The position numbers and the translations under genes were made by a program. A stretch of 54,985 bases of DNA, from IMG/VR virus record IMGVR_UViG_3300025626_002437; one strand, 5' to 3'. Under the pieces are notes generated by a model. The model was not told where the DNA came from, did not search any database, and saw nothing but the letters and a program-made list of their open reading frames with translations. Numbering within the stretch: the stretch's first letter is position 1; the number at the start of each line of letters is the position of its first letter. This stretch comes from an uncultured virus (IMG/VR IMGVR_UViG_3300025626_002437) (Duplodnaviria > Heunggongvirae > Uroviricota > Caudoviricetes). Shown here piece after piece: positions 46,569-54,985 of this stretch.

Positions 46569-47080
46569 TAACCGCCTGCTATATTACCTATGCCAATTGG
46601 TATTTCTATTGTTGTTATTGTTCCATCTGGGTCAACGATAGTAAGTTGGATTACTTCTAATCCATCTGCGTTTGTGATTATTTGATATGAAACTGTATTA
46701 CCCTCAATATCAAATGCACCACTTGTTGAGCCTGTACAACTTATTACCGTTGCTGGGTCGCAAAACATACTGTCTACGAGGCCCTTAGAAATTTGACTGT
46801 AAATTCTGCTTTCCAAATTTCTAATGAACTTGTTAATTGTGCTGTTTTGATCTTCTCTTTCAGCCTGTTTTAAAGCCGCTTCAATGTCACTTTTAATTTT
46901 ATCTCTACGTGACTTTTCCTGATTCTCAATAGTTAAATAATGAGCACCTGTTCCTTGTCCACTAAAACTAGGACTTTTAAATTTAAATTTAATTTCGTCT
47001 GCTTGTAGATCGGCAGTTGTGGCTATTAAAAAATAACCTACTATAACTAGTAATCCTAAATGTGTTCCTGTAATTTTCAT
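46568..47080 (-). CDS. csgF: curli assembly component CsgF
   Basis: Mature N-terminus EIKFKFKSPSFSG (CsgF F-x-N/S-P-x-F-G-G type), C-terminal DGTITTIEIP, coupled to csgG. Confidence 0.85.
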   Translation of the reverse strand: MKITGTHLGLLVIVGYFLIATTADLQADEIKFKFKSPSFSGQGTGAHYLTIENQEKSRRDKIKSDIEAALKQAEREDQNSTINKFIRNLESRIYSQISKGLVDSMFCDPATVISCTGSTSGAFDIEGNTVSYQIITNADGLEVIQLTIVDPDGTITTIEIPIGIGNIAGG

Positions 47081-47081
47081 T

Positions 47082-47378
47082 CTATTCGTCTCCTGCCTTT
47101 TTCATTTTTTTAAATTCTTCTTTTTCCATGGCATCCGCTAAAAGTTTTTGCGTTGCTCTATATTCTAAAACAACATTAACTTTTTGTTGTAGACGTATTT
47201 GATCTTGGTCTAACATTCTCATTTGATCAATACATCTAATAAGTGCCATATGCATATCACCGAGTGCAGGTTTGATTTCTTGGTTCATAAAATTCCATAC
47301 ATAATATATGAAATAACCTAAACCTACTACTGCTACTACTGGAAATCCGTATTCGTTAATTAGTGCCGCAATATCCAT
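47082..47378 (-). CDS. single-TM + coiled-coil protein (YvrJ/BhlA holin-like)
   Basis: LINEYGFPVVAVVGLGYFIY followed by an amphipathic helix. Confidence 0.6.
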   Translation of the reverse strand: MDIAALINEYGFPVVAVVGLGYFIYYVWNFMNQEIKPALGDMHMALIRCIDQMRMLDQDQIRLQQKVNVVLEYRATQKLLADAMEKEEFKKMKKAGDE

Positions 47379-47674
47379 TAGTCTCTCCTACTATCCACTT
47401 TGCCATCTTCAACAAAATTTTCTGCTCTTGCTATTCTATCAATGTCTGGTCTTAATTCTAAAGCACTACTAACAAGCAGATCAATCTTAATCATCTCGTT
47501 ACTCATTACTCTTGCTCTAGTGGTTAGTGCTTCACAGAAACTTGTGAGCGTTTTGACTTGGCCAACAACGCCGGCCATCATTTGCTTTATTGTGAGGAAT
47601 ATGAAATACCCCATTGCCATACTTCCAGCAATAGGCATACCTACCTCCGCTATTAACTTAAATATTTCTTCCAT
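47378..47674 (-). CDS. single-TM + coiled-coil protein, paralogue of neighbour
   Basis: LIAEVGMPIAGSMAMGYFIF. Same length (98 aa) and layout as 47082..47378. Confidence 0.6.
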   Translation of the reverse strand: MEEIFKLIAEVGMPIAGSMAMGYFIFLTIKQMMAGVVGQVKTLTSFCEALTTRARVMSNEMIKIDLLVSSALELRPDIDRIARAENFVEDGKVDSRRD

Positions 47675-47742
47675 TTATGCACACTCAGTTTTGTTATATG
47701 TTATTATGTGGAGTGTGTGTGTTCTGTTACTCTCTACAAGTG

Positions 47743-47750
47743 TATTTATC
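47743..47750 (-). promoter_or_regulatory. late promoter of the curli-type operon
   Basis: GATAAATA just downstream of a terminator, 68 nt before the first gene. Confidence 0.7.
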
Positions 47751-47760
47751 AATATGCGGC

Positions 47761-47790
47761 CAAAAAGAAAGGGCCTAAAAAGACCCTTTC
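47761..47790 (-). terminator. intrinsic terminator after fibre gene
   Basis: GAAAGGGTCT/AGGCCCTTTC stem followed by TTTTT. Confidence 0.85.
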
Positions 47791-47805
47791 CTAAGTTTTG
47801 TAAAC

Positions 47806-50800
47806 TTACATTAAGTTAATTAATGCTTCAATGATATGTTCACCTACGTCAGTGTCTTCCATTGCTTTACCAAGTATTCTACCTGCTTTAGCATCGTTAT
47901 CTACTTTCGCATGTCCTTTAACATCGGAACTTACAAGTAAGTCACCTTTGTTTACAGGGCCAACAACTTTAACAGGTACTCTACCTGCTAATGCTATGGC
48001 TGGATGAGAATCGTTATCACCTGCGTCTGCGTTCATCAAATGAGCCGGATTAGTTGAAACTACTCCTGCAACACTATGACAACCGTCTGTTTCACATGCT
48101 ATAACTTCTTTCTCTCCACCAAACATAACAACTGTTCCTGGTTCTAGTACTTCTTCTGAAGCATACCTTTCTGCCAAGTCGGCGTACTGAGCCGATGTTG
48201 CTGTTCCACTAAATGTATTTGCATACATAGTACCGAACTTAACACTACTTGAACCTACATTGTAAGTTCCTGAAGGTCCAGTTGCAATAATGTGTCTAGT
48301 TGTTATATCACCACTGAATGTACCGCCTGGGAATGGATTACCTGATGGACCAGTTGGACCAGTCGCACCTTGTGGACCCTGAGCACCTGTGGCACCTTTC
48401 TGTCCTTGTGGTCCTTGAGCACCACCTGGGCCAGTTGGACCAGTTCCACCTTGAGCACCTAATTCACCCTTTTGTCCTTTAGCACCTTGAGGTCCTGTAG
48501 CACCTTGAGGTCCAGTTGCACCCTGAGGTCCGGTGGCACCTTGAGCACCTGTGGCTCCAATTTCGCCTTTTTGTCCTTTTGCACCAGTTGGTCCAGTTGA
48601 ACCCTGAGGTCCGACAGCACCAGTTGGTCCAGTTGCACCTTGTGGACCCTGGGCACCTTGAGCACCTGTAACACCTTTCTGTCCTTGTGGTCCTTGAGGT
48701 CCAACTTCACCTTTTAGTCCTGAATTAGGACCAACCCAGTTACCTGAGCCATCAACAATTTGTGTTGTATCTGCATAGAAACCATCACCTTGTAGAGGAG
48801 AATCTGATACCCATCTATCGGTTGTTTCATTCCACTGGAATTGTTTGTTAGTTGAGTCACCTCTTTCAACTTCGATACCTGCGTTTTCAGTTGGGGTACC
48901 TGTAACATCGCTGTTAAGAACAATAATGTTATCACCTGTTGAAACAGTAGTTGAGTTAATTGTTGTAGTTGTACCGTTAACTGTTAAGTCACCGTTAAAT
49001 ATAGCACTATCACTAAATGTTTTAGCACCTGCTATAGTTTGTGTACCAGTTGTTCTTACAACTGTGCTGTCTACATCGAGACTGTTAGCACTTGATGTTA
49101 GACCATCTCCGCCTACAACACCAATAATACCTGCACTTTCTGTTAAACCATCGCCTGCAACACTACTTTGAATATTAAATGTTAATGTTCCATTTGTATC
49201 ATTGTATACTGCACTAACACCAGCACCGTCTGTTACTAAAGCGGCGACTCTGTCGTCTACTCTTTCATCAGTATAATACTTGTTAGAACCTTCTGCTAAG
49301 TCTGATGTACTGAAAGCACCCATATTTACTGCAACATCGTTTGCATTTACAGTAATACCTGTACCTGCGCCTACGGCAAAGTCTCTTGTTGCGGCAATAG
49401 TACCACCACCAGTTAAACCTGCACCTGCTGTCATTGATACTGCTGAGTGATCAATATGTTCGTTTGCTACAAAGTTGTTTAAAGCATCATGATCAATTCC
49501 GCTATCATCAGTACTTATAGTACCACTAGATATAGATATACCTGTGCCACCACCAAAGTGTGCTCTTACTTCTGCGGCACTTGGGCCTGTGTAAGTAAAT
49601 ACACCAGTCGTACTGTTATATGCAAAACTTCCGTCTCCGCCTGCGTCTGTGACACTAACTGCACCTCTGGCTCTTGCATTTGTAAAAAACAAATTAGTAG
49701 AACCTTCTGTGATTTCGTCAGTGTTATCTTGTCCAGCCGCTACACTATCAACGTATGCTTTAACAGATTCTGCTGAAGGAACGTTAGTTGCTAACGCACC
49801 AGTCATTGAGTCTGAATCCAATATTGCATTTGCAATTCTGGCGTCTGCTCTAGCATTTGTAAAGTATAAGTTACTTGATCCTTCTGATACATCGTCTGTG
49901 TCATGGTTAGCAATACTGCTAACTGTACCTGTGACTGCACCTGTTACTGCGCCTTCAAAAGTACCTGCTTTAACAGTTTCGTTACCAAAAGACCATTCGC
50001 TTTCTGAAACGTCCCATACCAATGACTTGATTGATCCTGCAATGTTGGCTTCAAAACCAGCATCTTGTGATGTTCCGTCACTGTTTACACGGAAAATATT
50101 ATCAACAGTTTCAGTAGTAGTTGAATTAACAACTGTTTGTGTACCGTTAACTGTTAAGTTACCGCCAACAGTAACATCACTTGCTAATGCGGCCGCCACT
50201 CTGGCATCTGCTCTAGCATTTGTATAATACTGATTAGTTGAACCTTCACTTAAACTGTCAGTGTCTGCCAATACAGCATTTACTCTAGCATCTGCTCTGG
50301 CATTTGTGAAATACAAGTTTGTTGATCCTTCTGAAACATCATCAGTATCGCCACTTAATTCACTTAATGCATCTTTAGTTGCCAATTGAGCATCAACGTA
50401 TGCCTTAGTTGCACCGTCTTGTGCCGCAACTGGATCATCTAAGTTGTTGATGCTGTTGCTGTTCATGTTGATGTTACCACCTTGTGTAGTAGCACCACCG
50501 CCTGCTGTACTAATTGTTACACCTGCGGATAAAACAACATCTGATTTTAATTGTATACTTCCACCTGAGGTGATTTCAACATCACCTGATCCACTTGTTA
50601 CTAAACTCAAATTTTGGTTAGAGTCTGCACTAACTGTGATTGTTCCTGAGTTATCTGAAATAACTTGTTGTCCGTTAACATATAATGATCCTGGACCTAC
50701 ATATACATCTTTCCAGACGTTAGTAGCACTACCTAACTGGTATGTGTTATTAGCACTCGGTATTAAGTTACCTGAAAATGCTTCATGATCTATGTCAATT

Positions 50801-52011
50801 GATACTGTTCCTGATGTACCGCCACCAGTTAAACCAGAACCTGCTGTTACACCGGAAATGTCTGCTGTTGAACTTAATACACCATTTGTTGCTGTTATGT
50901 TTGTTCCTGCTATTGCTGATACAAAATCTGCAATCGCTTCTTTTTTACTGCTGTTATCACTTGCATCAATGATTGCAAAACTGTCGTTTGCTACATCAAT
51001 TGAAGCGGCTGTTAATTCGTTTAAGTCTAATGCTAATGAAACAGTACCTGTTGTACCGCCGCCGCTTAGACCATCACCTGCTGTAACACCTTCAATATCA
51101 CCTGCATCATTTGTAAAACTAATTACACCAGTACTACTGTTATAACTTAGGTCACCGCCTGCACTGATTGCCGCTCTGGCTCTTGCATCAGTATAATAAA
51201 GGTTAGTTGAACCTTCTGTGATTTCATCTGTGTTATCTTTGCCTGCTACTTGTGAATCAACGTATGCTTTAATTGATTGCTGTGAAGCGGCATGGGTTGC
51301 AGAGTCTGAAGCCATGTTATCTTCATCTTTAAGGTCAATGTTTAATGTAACATCACCTGAAGTTCCGCCACCAGTTAAACCAGTTCCAGCGACTACTGAT
51401 TCTATATCACCAGCATCGTTAGTAAAACTAATTACACCAGTACTACTGTCGTAACTTAAATCTCCGCCTGCACTAATTTTTCCTCTTATAACTGAATCAG
51501 CAATACCTAATGTACCTGATGTTGCAGTTAAGTTTGTTCCTGCCATTCCAGACGCCAAGTCTGCAATGCTTTCTTTCTTTGAACTGTTGTCTGTAGCATC
51601 AATAATTGCAATGCTGTCTGCACTTACATCTACTGTTGCCGCTGTTAGTTCGTTTAAGTCGAGTGCTAATGTAACATCTCCACTTGAGGCTCCGCCACTT
51701 AAACCGTCTCCTGCTGTAACACTCTCAATATCACCCGCTGAGGTTGTATTAGTAATTGTTAATGTGCCATTGACATCATCATATGCTAAACTAATACCCG
51801 AACCTGCTGTAAGTAAATTACCTACTGCATCTTCGATGTTTTCTTGGGTATTGATTTCTGAGTATTTTGCTAGTCTATGACCACCTGCTGTACTACCATC
51901 GTGTACGCGGATGGTATTATTAGTAGTATCGATCGTAATCTCACCTGCTAGACCAGTAAAGGAATTATGTTCTGTGGACGTACCTCTTCTTCTTTGAATC
52001 GCGTATGCCAT
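47806..52011 (-). CDS. long fibre protein: Mtd_N-like N-terminus, EGSxNLYxT repeats, collagen segment, C-terminal ADLAE chaperone/peptidase-like domain
   Basis: QRRRGT...GEITIDT...VHDGSTAGG, six TDxxxEGSxNxYxT-type repeats, Gly-X-Y run, YADLAERY...[10 protein letters not shown]. Confidence 0.85.
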   Translation of the reverse strand: MAYAIQRRRGTSTEHNSFTGLAGEITIDTTNNTIRVHDGSTAGGHRLAKYSEINTQENIEDAVGNLLTAGSGISLAYDDVNGTLTITNTTSAGDIESVTAGDGLSGGASSGDVTLALDLNELTAATVDVSADSIAIIDATDNSSKKESIADLASGMAGTNLTATSGTLGIADSVIRGKISAGGDLSYDSSTGVISFTNDAGDIESVVAGTGLTGGGTSGDVTLNIDLKDEDNMASDSATHAASQQSIKAYVDSQVAGKDNTDEITEGSTNLYYTDARARAAISAGGDLSYNSSTGVISFTNDAGDIEGVTAGDGLSGGGTTGTVSLALDLNELTAASIDVANDSFAIIDASDNSSKKEAIADFVSAIAGTNITATNGVLSSTADISGVTAGSGLTGGGTSGTVSIDIDHEAFSGNLIPSANNTYQLGSATNVWKDVYVGPGSLYVNGQQVISDNSGTITVSADSNQNLSLVTSGSGDVEITSGGSIQLKSDVVLSAGVTISTAGGGATTQGGNINMNSNSINNLDDPVAAQDGATKAYVDAQLATKDALSELSGDTDDVSEGSTNLYFTNARADARVNAVLADTDSLSEGSTNQYYTNARADARVAAALASDVTVGGNLTVNGTQTVVNSTTTETVDNIFRVNSDGTSQDAGFEANIAGSIKSLVWDVSESEWSFGNETVKAGTFEGAVTGAVTGTVSSIANHDTDDVSEGSSNLYFTNARADARIANAILDSDSMTGALATNVPSAESVKAYVDSVAAGQDNTDEITEGSTNLFFTNARARGAVSVTDAGGDGSFAYNSTTGVFTYTGPSAAEVRAHFGGGTGISISSGTISTDDSGIDHDALNNFVANEHIDHSAVSMTAGAGLTGGGTIAATRDFAVGAGTGITVNANDVAVNMGAFSTSDLAEGSNKYYTDERVDDRVAALVTDGAGVSAVYNDTNGTLTFNIQSSVAGDGLTESAGIIGVVGGDGLTSSANSLDVDSTVVRTTGTQTIAGAKTFSDSAIFNGDLTVNGTTTTINSTTVSTGDNIIVLNSDVTGTPTENAGIEVERGDSTNKQFQWNETTDRWVSDSPLQGDGFYADTTQIVDGSGNWVGPNSGLKGEVGPQGPQGQKGVTGAQGAQGPQGATGPTGAVGPQGSTGPTGAKGQKGEIGATGAQGATGPQGATGPQGATGPQGAKGQKGELGAQGGTGPTGPGGAQGPQGQKGATGAQGPQGATGPTGPSGNPFPGGTFSGDITTRHIIATGPSGTYNVGSSSVKFGTMYANTFSGTATSAQYADLAERYASEEVLEPGTVVMFGGEKEVIACETDGCHSVAGVVSTNPAHLMNADAGDNDSHPAIALAGRVPVKVVGPVNKGDLLVSSDVKGHAKVDNDAKAGRILGKAMEDTDVGEHIIEALINLM
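48335..48720 (-). repeat. collagen-like Gly-X-Y coding repeats
   Basis: [17 protein letters not shown] units, 9-nt periodic DNA. Boundaries approximate. Confidence 0.9.
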
Positions 52012-52159
52012 TTTTATATTCTCCTAAAATATTTTTTTAACGTTAAATTATATTGGTTGCTGAAATGATGTATGTGTTGTGTGCAACCTAGAAGATTTTG
52101 ACTGCGTTTTATGATGTATGCCCGAAATACATCCGCATGCCAATAGGGGCAAGTACTTG
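52012..52159 (-). ncRNA. candidate structured 5' leader of fibre gene
   Basis: 148 nt between GATAAATA (52160-52167) and the ATG, with three stems and a 10-nt direct repeat. Confidence 0.45.
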
Positions 52160-52166
52160 TATTTAT

Positions 52167-53237
52167 CTATTTGAGTGGTTTTGATAGTTCTTCCCAACTA
52201 GTTTCGAAGTCTGAATCACCGTCTGCATAACCCATTACACCTAACTTTTCATATTCAGGTATAAGTTCGTCTGTTAGTAGTCCTATTCTTTTTAAGTTGG
52301 GCATTATTCTGCTGAATAACACATCTTGAAATTGTGTTTGAAACACATTTGCTTTATTATATTCTTCTGTAAACTCTATATCCATACCATATTTTTCCCA
52401 AACATCGTATGCTCGTAATCTGTTTCTGCTCACAGTACATGCCTCAAAGGCAAATTGTGCTCTATCTTGGCGTTCTTCTTCTGTAAGTGTTTTAACATAT
52501 TCTTCCAAGTAGTTCACACCAAAAGTCACATGCCTTGCTTCGTCTCTGATAATGTAATCTAGCATTTGTTCATACACAGGATCATTAGTTGCAGTTTTGG
52601 CCGCATTAAAGGCCGCTAGTGCTAGTCCTTCTATAACAATTTGCATACCAATAAACTTTAAATCCCAACGTGGGTCTGTAAGTATTTTATCTAATAGTCC
52701 TTTTAGTGCTGTGCCTATAGGCCATGTACGTTTAATTCTGGTTTGTAAGTATTTGTTAAAGGCTTCTACGTGTCTTGCTTCGTCAAATGTCTGTGAAGCC
52801 GCATATAGTTTGGCATTAAATGTTGGTGCACAACTGGCCAACTGACTTGCTACAAGTAAAGCACCTTGCTCGCCATGTAAAAATTGACTCGTTGACCAAG
52901 CATTTAAATCTTTAAAGAAATTTAAACGTTTTTCTTTATCCCATGATTTGTAATCAGGATGATCTTTCCATTGATTATCTTCAAAGTCAAATTCTTCGCT
53001 ACCAATATCAGAAAATGCTGGAGTCCAATCTACATCAACTTCCACATTCCAATTAAGTTTTTTACCTAATTCGTACAGTTTTCTTATGCGATTGTCTTGT
53101 ACTGTATAATCCCAATTATAAGTACCTGTTAATGGAGTTTGAAATATTTCTACAACATCTGTGGGTTCTAAATTTGCTGGATATTCGTCTTGATGTAATA
53201 TAACATCGCGGGGCGTATTGGATTTAACTATTTTCAT
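52167..53237 (-). CDS. ferritin-like diiron enzyme (AurF/N-oxygenase-like family)
   Basis: FLHGEQGAL, DEARHVEAF, IEGLALAAF and DEARHVTFG diiron ligand pattern. Confidence 0.8.
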   Translation of the reverse strand: MKIVKSNTPRDVILHQDEYPANLEPTDVVEIFQTPLTGTYNWDYTVQDNRIRKLYELGKKLNWNVEVDVDWTPAFSDIGSEEFDFEDNQWKDHPDYKSWDKEKRLNFFKDLNAWSTSQFLHGEQGALLVASQLASCAPTFNAKLYAASQTFDEARHVEAFNKYLQTRIKRTWPIGTALKGLLDKILTDPRWDLKFIGMQIVIEGLALAAFNAAKTATNDPVYEQMLDYIIRDEARHVTFGVNYLEEYVKTLTEEERQDRAQFAFEACTVSRNRLRAYDVWEKYGMDIEFTEEYNKANVFQTQFQDVLFSRIMPNLKRIGLLTDELIPEYEKLGVMGYADGDSDFETSWEELSKPLK

Positions 53238-54985
53238 TAAACTAAAATTTCGATTATGCCATTACCGGCATCAGTTTTACTCTCTAATGCTCTACCAACT
53301 ATTTGTAATGGACTAAGATTATGTGACATTGTACCTACCATAGCATGTCCTGGTGTATTACTAGCAACAAGTACATCACCTTTGTTTACATTACCTGTAA
53401 CTTTACAAGGTACTCTTCCACGTAATGCTACTGCTACACCATCTGCTTCGCTGTTCATTAAGTATGCTGGATTTGTACTAACAACTCCTACTACTTTGTA
53501 ACTACCAGGTTCATCTGTTACTGTGACTTCTTTTTCACCACCTATAATTAAAACTGTGCCTGGTTCATAGTCAGCATCTGCTTTGTATACTTCTGCCAAA
53601 TCCGCATATTGAGCCGCTGTTGCTGTTCCGCTAAATGTATTTGCATACATTGTTCCAAATTTAACACTACTTGAACCAATATTGTATGTTCCTGTTGGTC
53701 CAGTTGCTAAAATATTTCTAGTTGTGATATCGCCACTAAACGTACCACCTGGGAATGGATTACCTGAAGGTCCTGTTGGTCCTACAACACCTTGTGGACC
53801 TTGAGCACCTGTGGCACCTTTCTGTCCTTGTGGTCCTTGTGGACCCTGGGCACCTTGAGCACCTTGTGTACCTTGAGCACCAACTTCACCTTTTTGTCCC
53901 TTGGCTCCAGTTGGTCCAGTTGCACCTTGAGGTCCTGTGGCACCTTGTGGTCCAGTTGCTCCTGTGGCTCCTTGCTGTCCTTTGGCTCCAGTTGGGCCAG
54001 TTGCACCTTGAAGGCCTTGTGTGCCTTGTGGTCCAGTTGCGCCAATTTCGCCTTTTTGTCCTTTTGCACCAGTTGGTCCAGTTGCACCAATTTCGCCTTT
54101 TTGTCCTTTTGCACCAGTTGGTCCAGTTGCTCCTTGTGGTCCGGTTGCACCTTGTGGGCCTGTTATACCCTGTGTGCCCTGTGGACCTGTTGGTCCTGTG
54201 GCTCCAATTTCGCCTTTTTGTCCTTTTGCACCAGTTGGTCCAGTTACACCAATTTCGCCTTTTTGTCCTTGTGGTCCTTGCAGTCCTGTTGCACCTTGTG
54301 GTCCGGTTGGGCCACTGTCTGCTGGAACCCAGTCATAGTCTGAACCGTTCCAACTTAATACTTCACCTGATGATGCTGTTGATTGATTAATATGACCATC
54401 TACTCTAGCATTGGTGTAATATAAATTTGTACCTTCACTTAAATCTGTTGTGCTTCTAGTACTTAGAGCACCTGCTTGTAATTTACCACTTGCATCAAAC
54501 AGTACTGTTGAACTAGGTCCTACAATGCTATCACTAAATGTTGTACTAGCACTAAATGTCTTAGCACCGCCAACTGTTTGTGTACCACTGGTTCTAACAA
54601 CTGTGCTGTCTACTGCTATATCATCTGCATTTGCAGTAATACCGTCTCCACCTATAACATTAAGTGTAACGGCTCCTGACGTTCCGCCACCTGTTAAACC
54701 TGTACCAGCACCGACACTTTCTATGTCGCCTGGGTCGTTTGTAAAACTAAATTGTCCTGAGGCACTATCGTAACTTAAATCACCACTTGCACTAAACAAG
54801 CCTCTTATTTCTGCTGAATCGGCTGTGATTGCACCTGTTGAACTATCGTAGTTTACGCCACTGCTACCGCTAAGTGCTGATCTGACTCTTGCGGTTGTAT
54901 GGTAAAGATTACTTGAACCTTCACTTAAACTGTCTGTGTTTGGCAATACAGCATTTACTCTAGCATCTGCTCTGGCATTACTAAA
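53237..54985 (-). CDS. second collagen-containing fibre protein, 5'-truncated by window edge
   Basis: Frame remains open to 54985. Same repeats, Gly-X-Y run and YADLAE...[11 protein letters not shown]-terminus as 47806..52011. Confidence 0.85.
   Translation of the reverse strand, partial: FSNARADARVNAVLPNTDSLSEGSSNLYHTTARVRSALSGSSGVNYDSSTGAITADSAEIRGLFSASGDLSYDSASGQFSFTNDPGDIESVGAGTGLTGGGTSGAVTLNVIGGDGITANADDIAVDSTVVRTSGTQTVGGAKTFSASTTFSDSIVGPSSTVLFDASGKLQAGALSTRSTTDLSEGTNLYYTNARVDGHINQSTASSGEVLSWNGSDYDWVPADSGPTGPQGATGLQGPQGQKGEIGVTGPTGAKGQKGEIGATGPTGPQGTQGITGPQGATGPQGATGPTGAKGQKGEIGATGPTGAKGQKGEIGATGPQGTQGLQGATGPTGAKGQQGATGATGPQGATGPQGATGPTGAKGQKGEVGAQGTQGAQGAQGPQGPQGQKGATGAQGPQGVVGPTGPSGNPFPGGTFSGDITTRNILATGPTGTYNIGSSSVKFGTMYANTFSGTATAAQYADLAEVYKADADYEPGTVLIIGGEKEVTVTDEPGSYKVVGVVSTNPAYLMNSEADGVAVALRGRVPCKVTGNVNKGDVLVASNTPGHAMVGTMSHNLSPLQIVGRALESKTDAGNGIIEILV
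53765..54315 (-). repeat. collagen-like Gly-X-Y coding repeats
   Basis: Tandem [15 protein letters not shown] units. Boundaries approximate. Confidence 0.9.

Noticed and set aside
38077..47080. Bacterial contamination or chimeric assembly of the curli/cyclase block
   Set aside because: The block has similar AT-rich composition and carries the phage's own TAAATA promoter motif at 40936, 41965, 43618 and 47743.
94..53501. Numerous 60-190 aa plus-strand ORFs opposite long genes
   Set aside because: They are antisense shadows of well-supported minus-strand genes with no RBS, promoter or recognisable motifs.
48335..54315. Short-period DNA repeats resembling a CRISPR or tandem array
   Set aside because: They are in-frame collagen codons with no constant repeat/unique spacer structure and no cas genes.
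53755..54390. Several overlapping ORFs with striking repeats (PCGPVAP, LVQL, WSSC)
   Set aside because: They are antisense or alternate-frame shadows of the Gly-X-Y collagen repeats and have no expression signals.
47806..54985. Diversity-generating retroelement suggested by the Mtd_N-like N-terminus and duplicated DNA
   Set aside because: No reverse transcriptase in the window, both copies lie within coding fibres, and mismatches are not adenine-specific.
1..54985. Stop-codon reassignment
   Set aside because: Core genes are full length under the standard code, and TAA, TAG and TGA all terminate genes.

Overview
A 55-kb, AT-rich segment of a large T4-related myophage (jumbo-phage-like gene set, probably aquatic). 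Nearly all genes are on the minus strand. Core modules are replication/recombination (gp41 helicase, gp61 primase, a 191-aa mini-DnaE, gp62-like, UvsW/UvsY/UvsX, gp32), packaging (gp17, gp16, gp4), tail and neck (gp19, gp18, gp13-15) and two collagen-containing fibre proteins. Auxiliary metabolic genes include thyX, apt, metK, two MazG-like proteins, an APS-kinase/nucleotidyltransferase fusion, a sulfotransferase-like protein, a dNMP kinase, a Nudix hydrolase, fpr and a ferritin-like diiron enzyme. Most notable: (1) a late-expressed curli-type locus (CsgF, CsgG, two curlin-repeat proteins, FecR-domain protein) near a CHASE2 adenylate cyclase; (2) an unannotated probable programmed -1 frameshift (A AAA AAG, 6-nt spacer, 11-bp stem) that extends a lipoprotein by 58 aa; (3) ten genes with TAAATA exactly 5 nt before the start codon, suggesting leaderless late mRNAs; (4) a structured, repeat-containing 5' leader on the fibre gene; (5) a degenerate GcvP-like protein. 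All family calls come from motif recognition by eye, not database searches. No tRNA, rRNA or CRISPR array was recognised.
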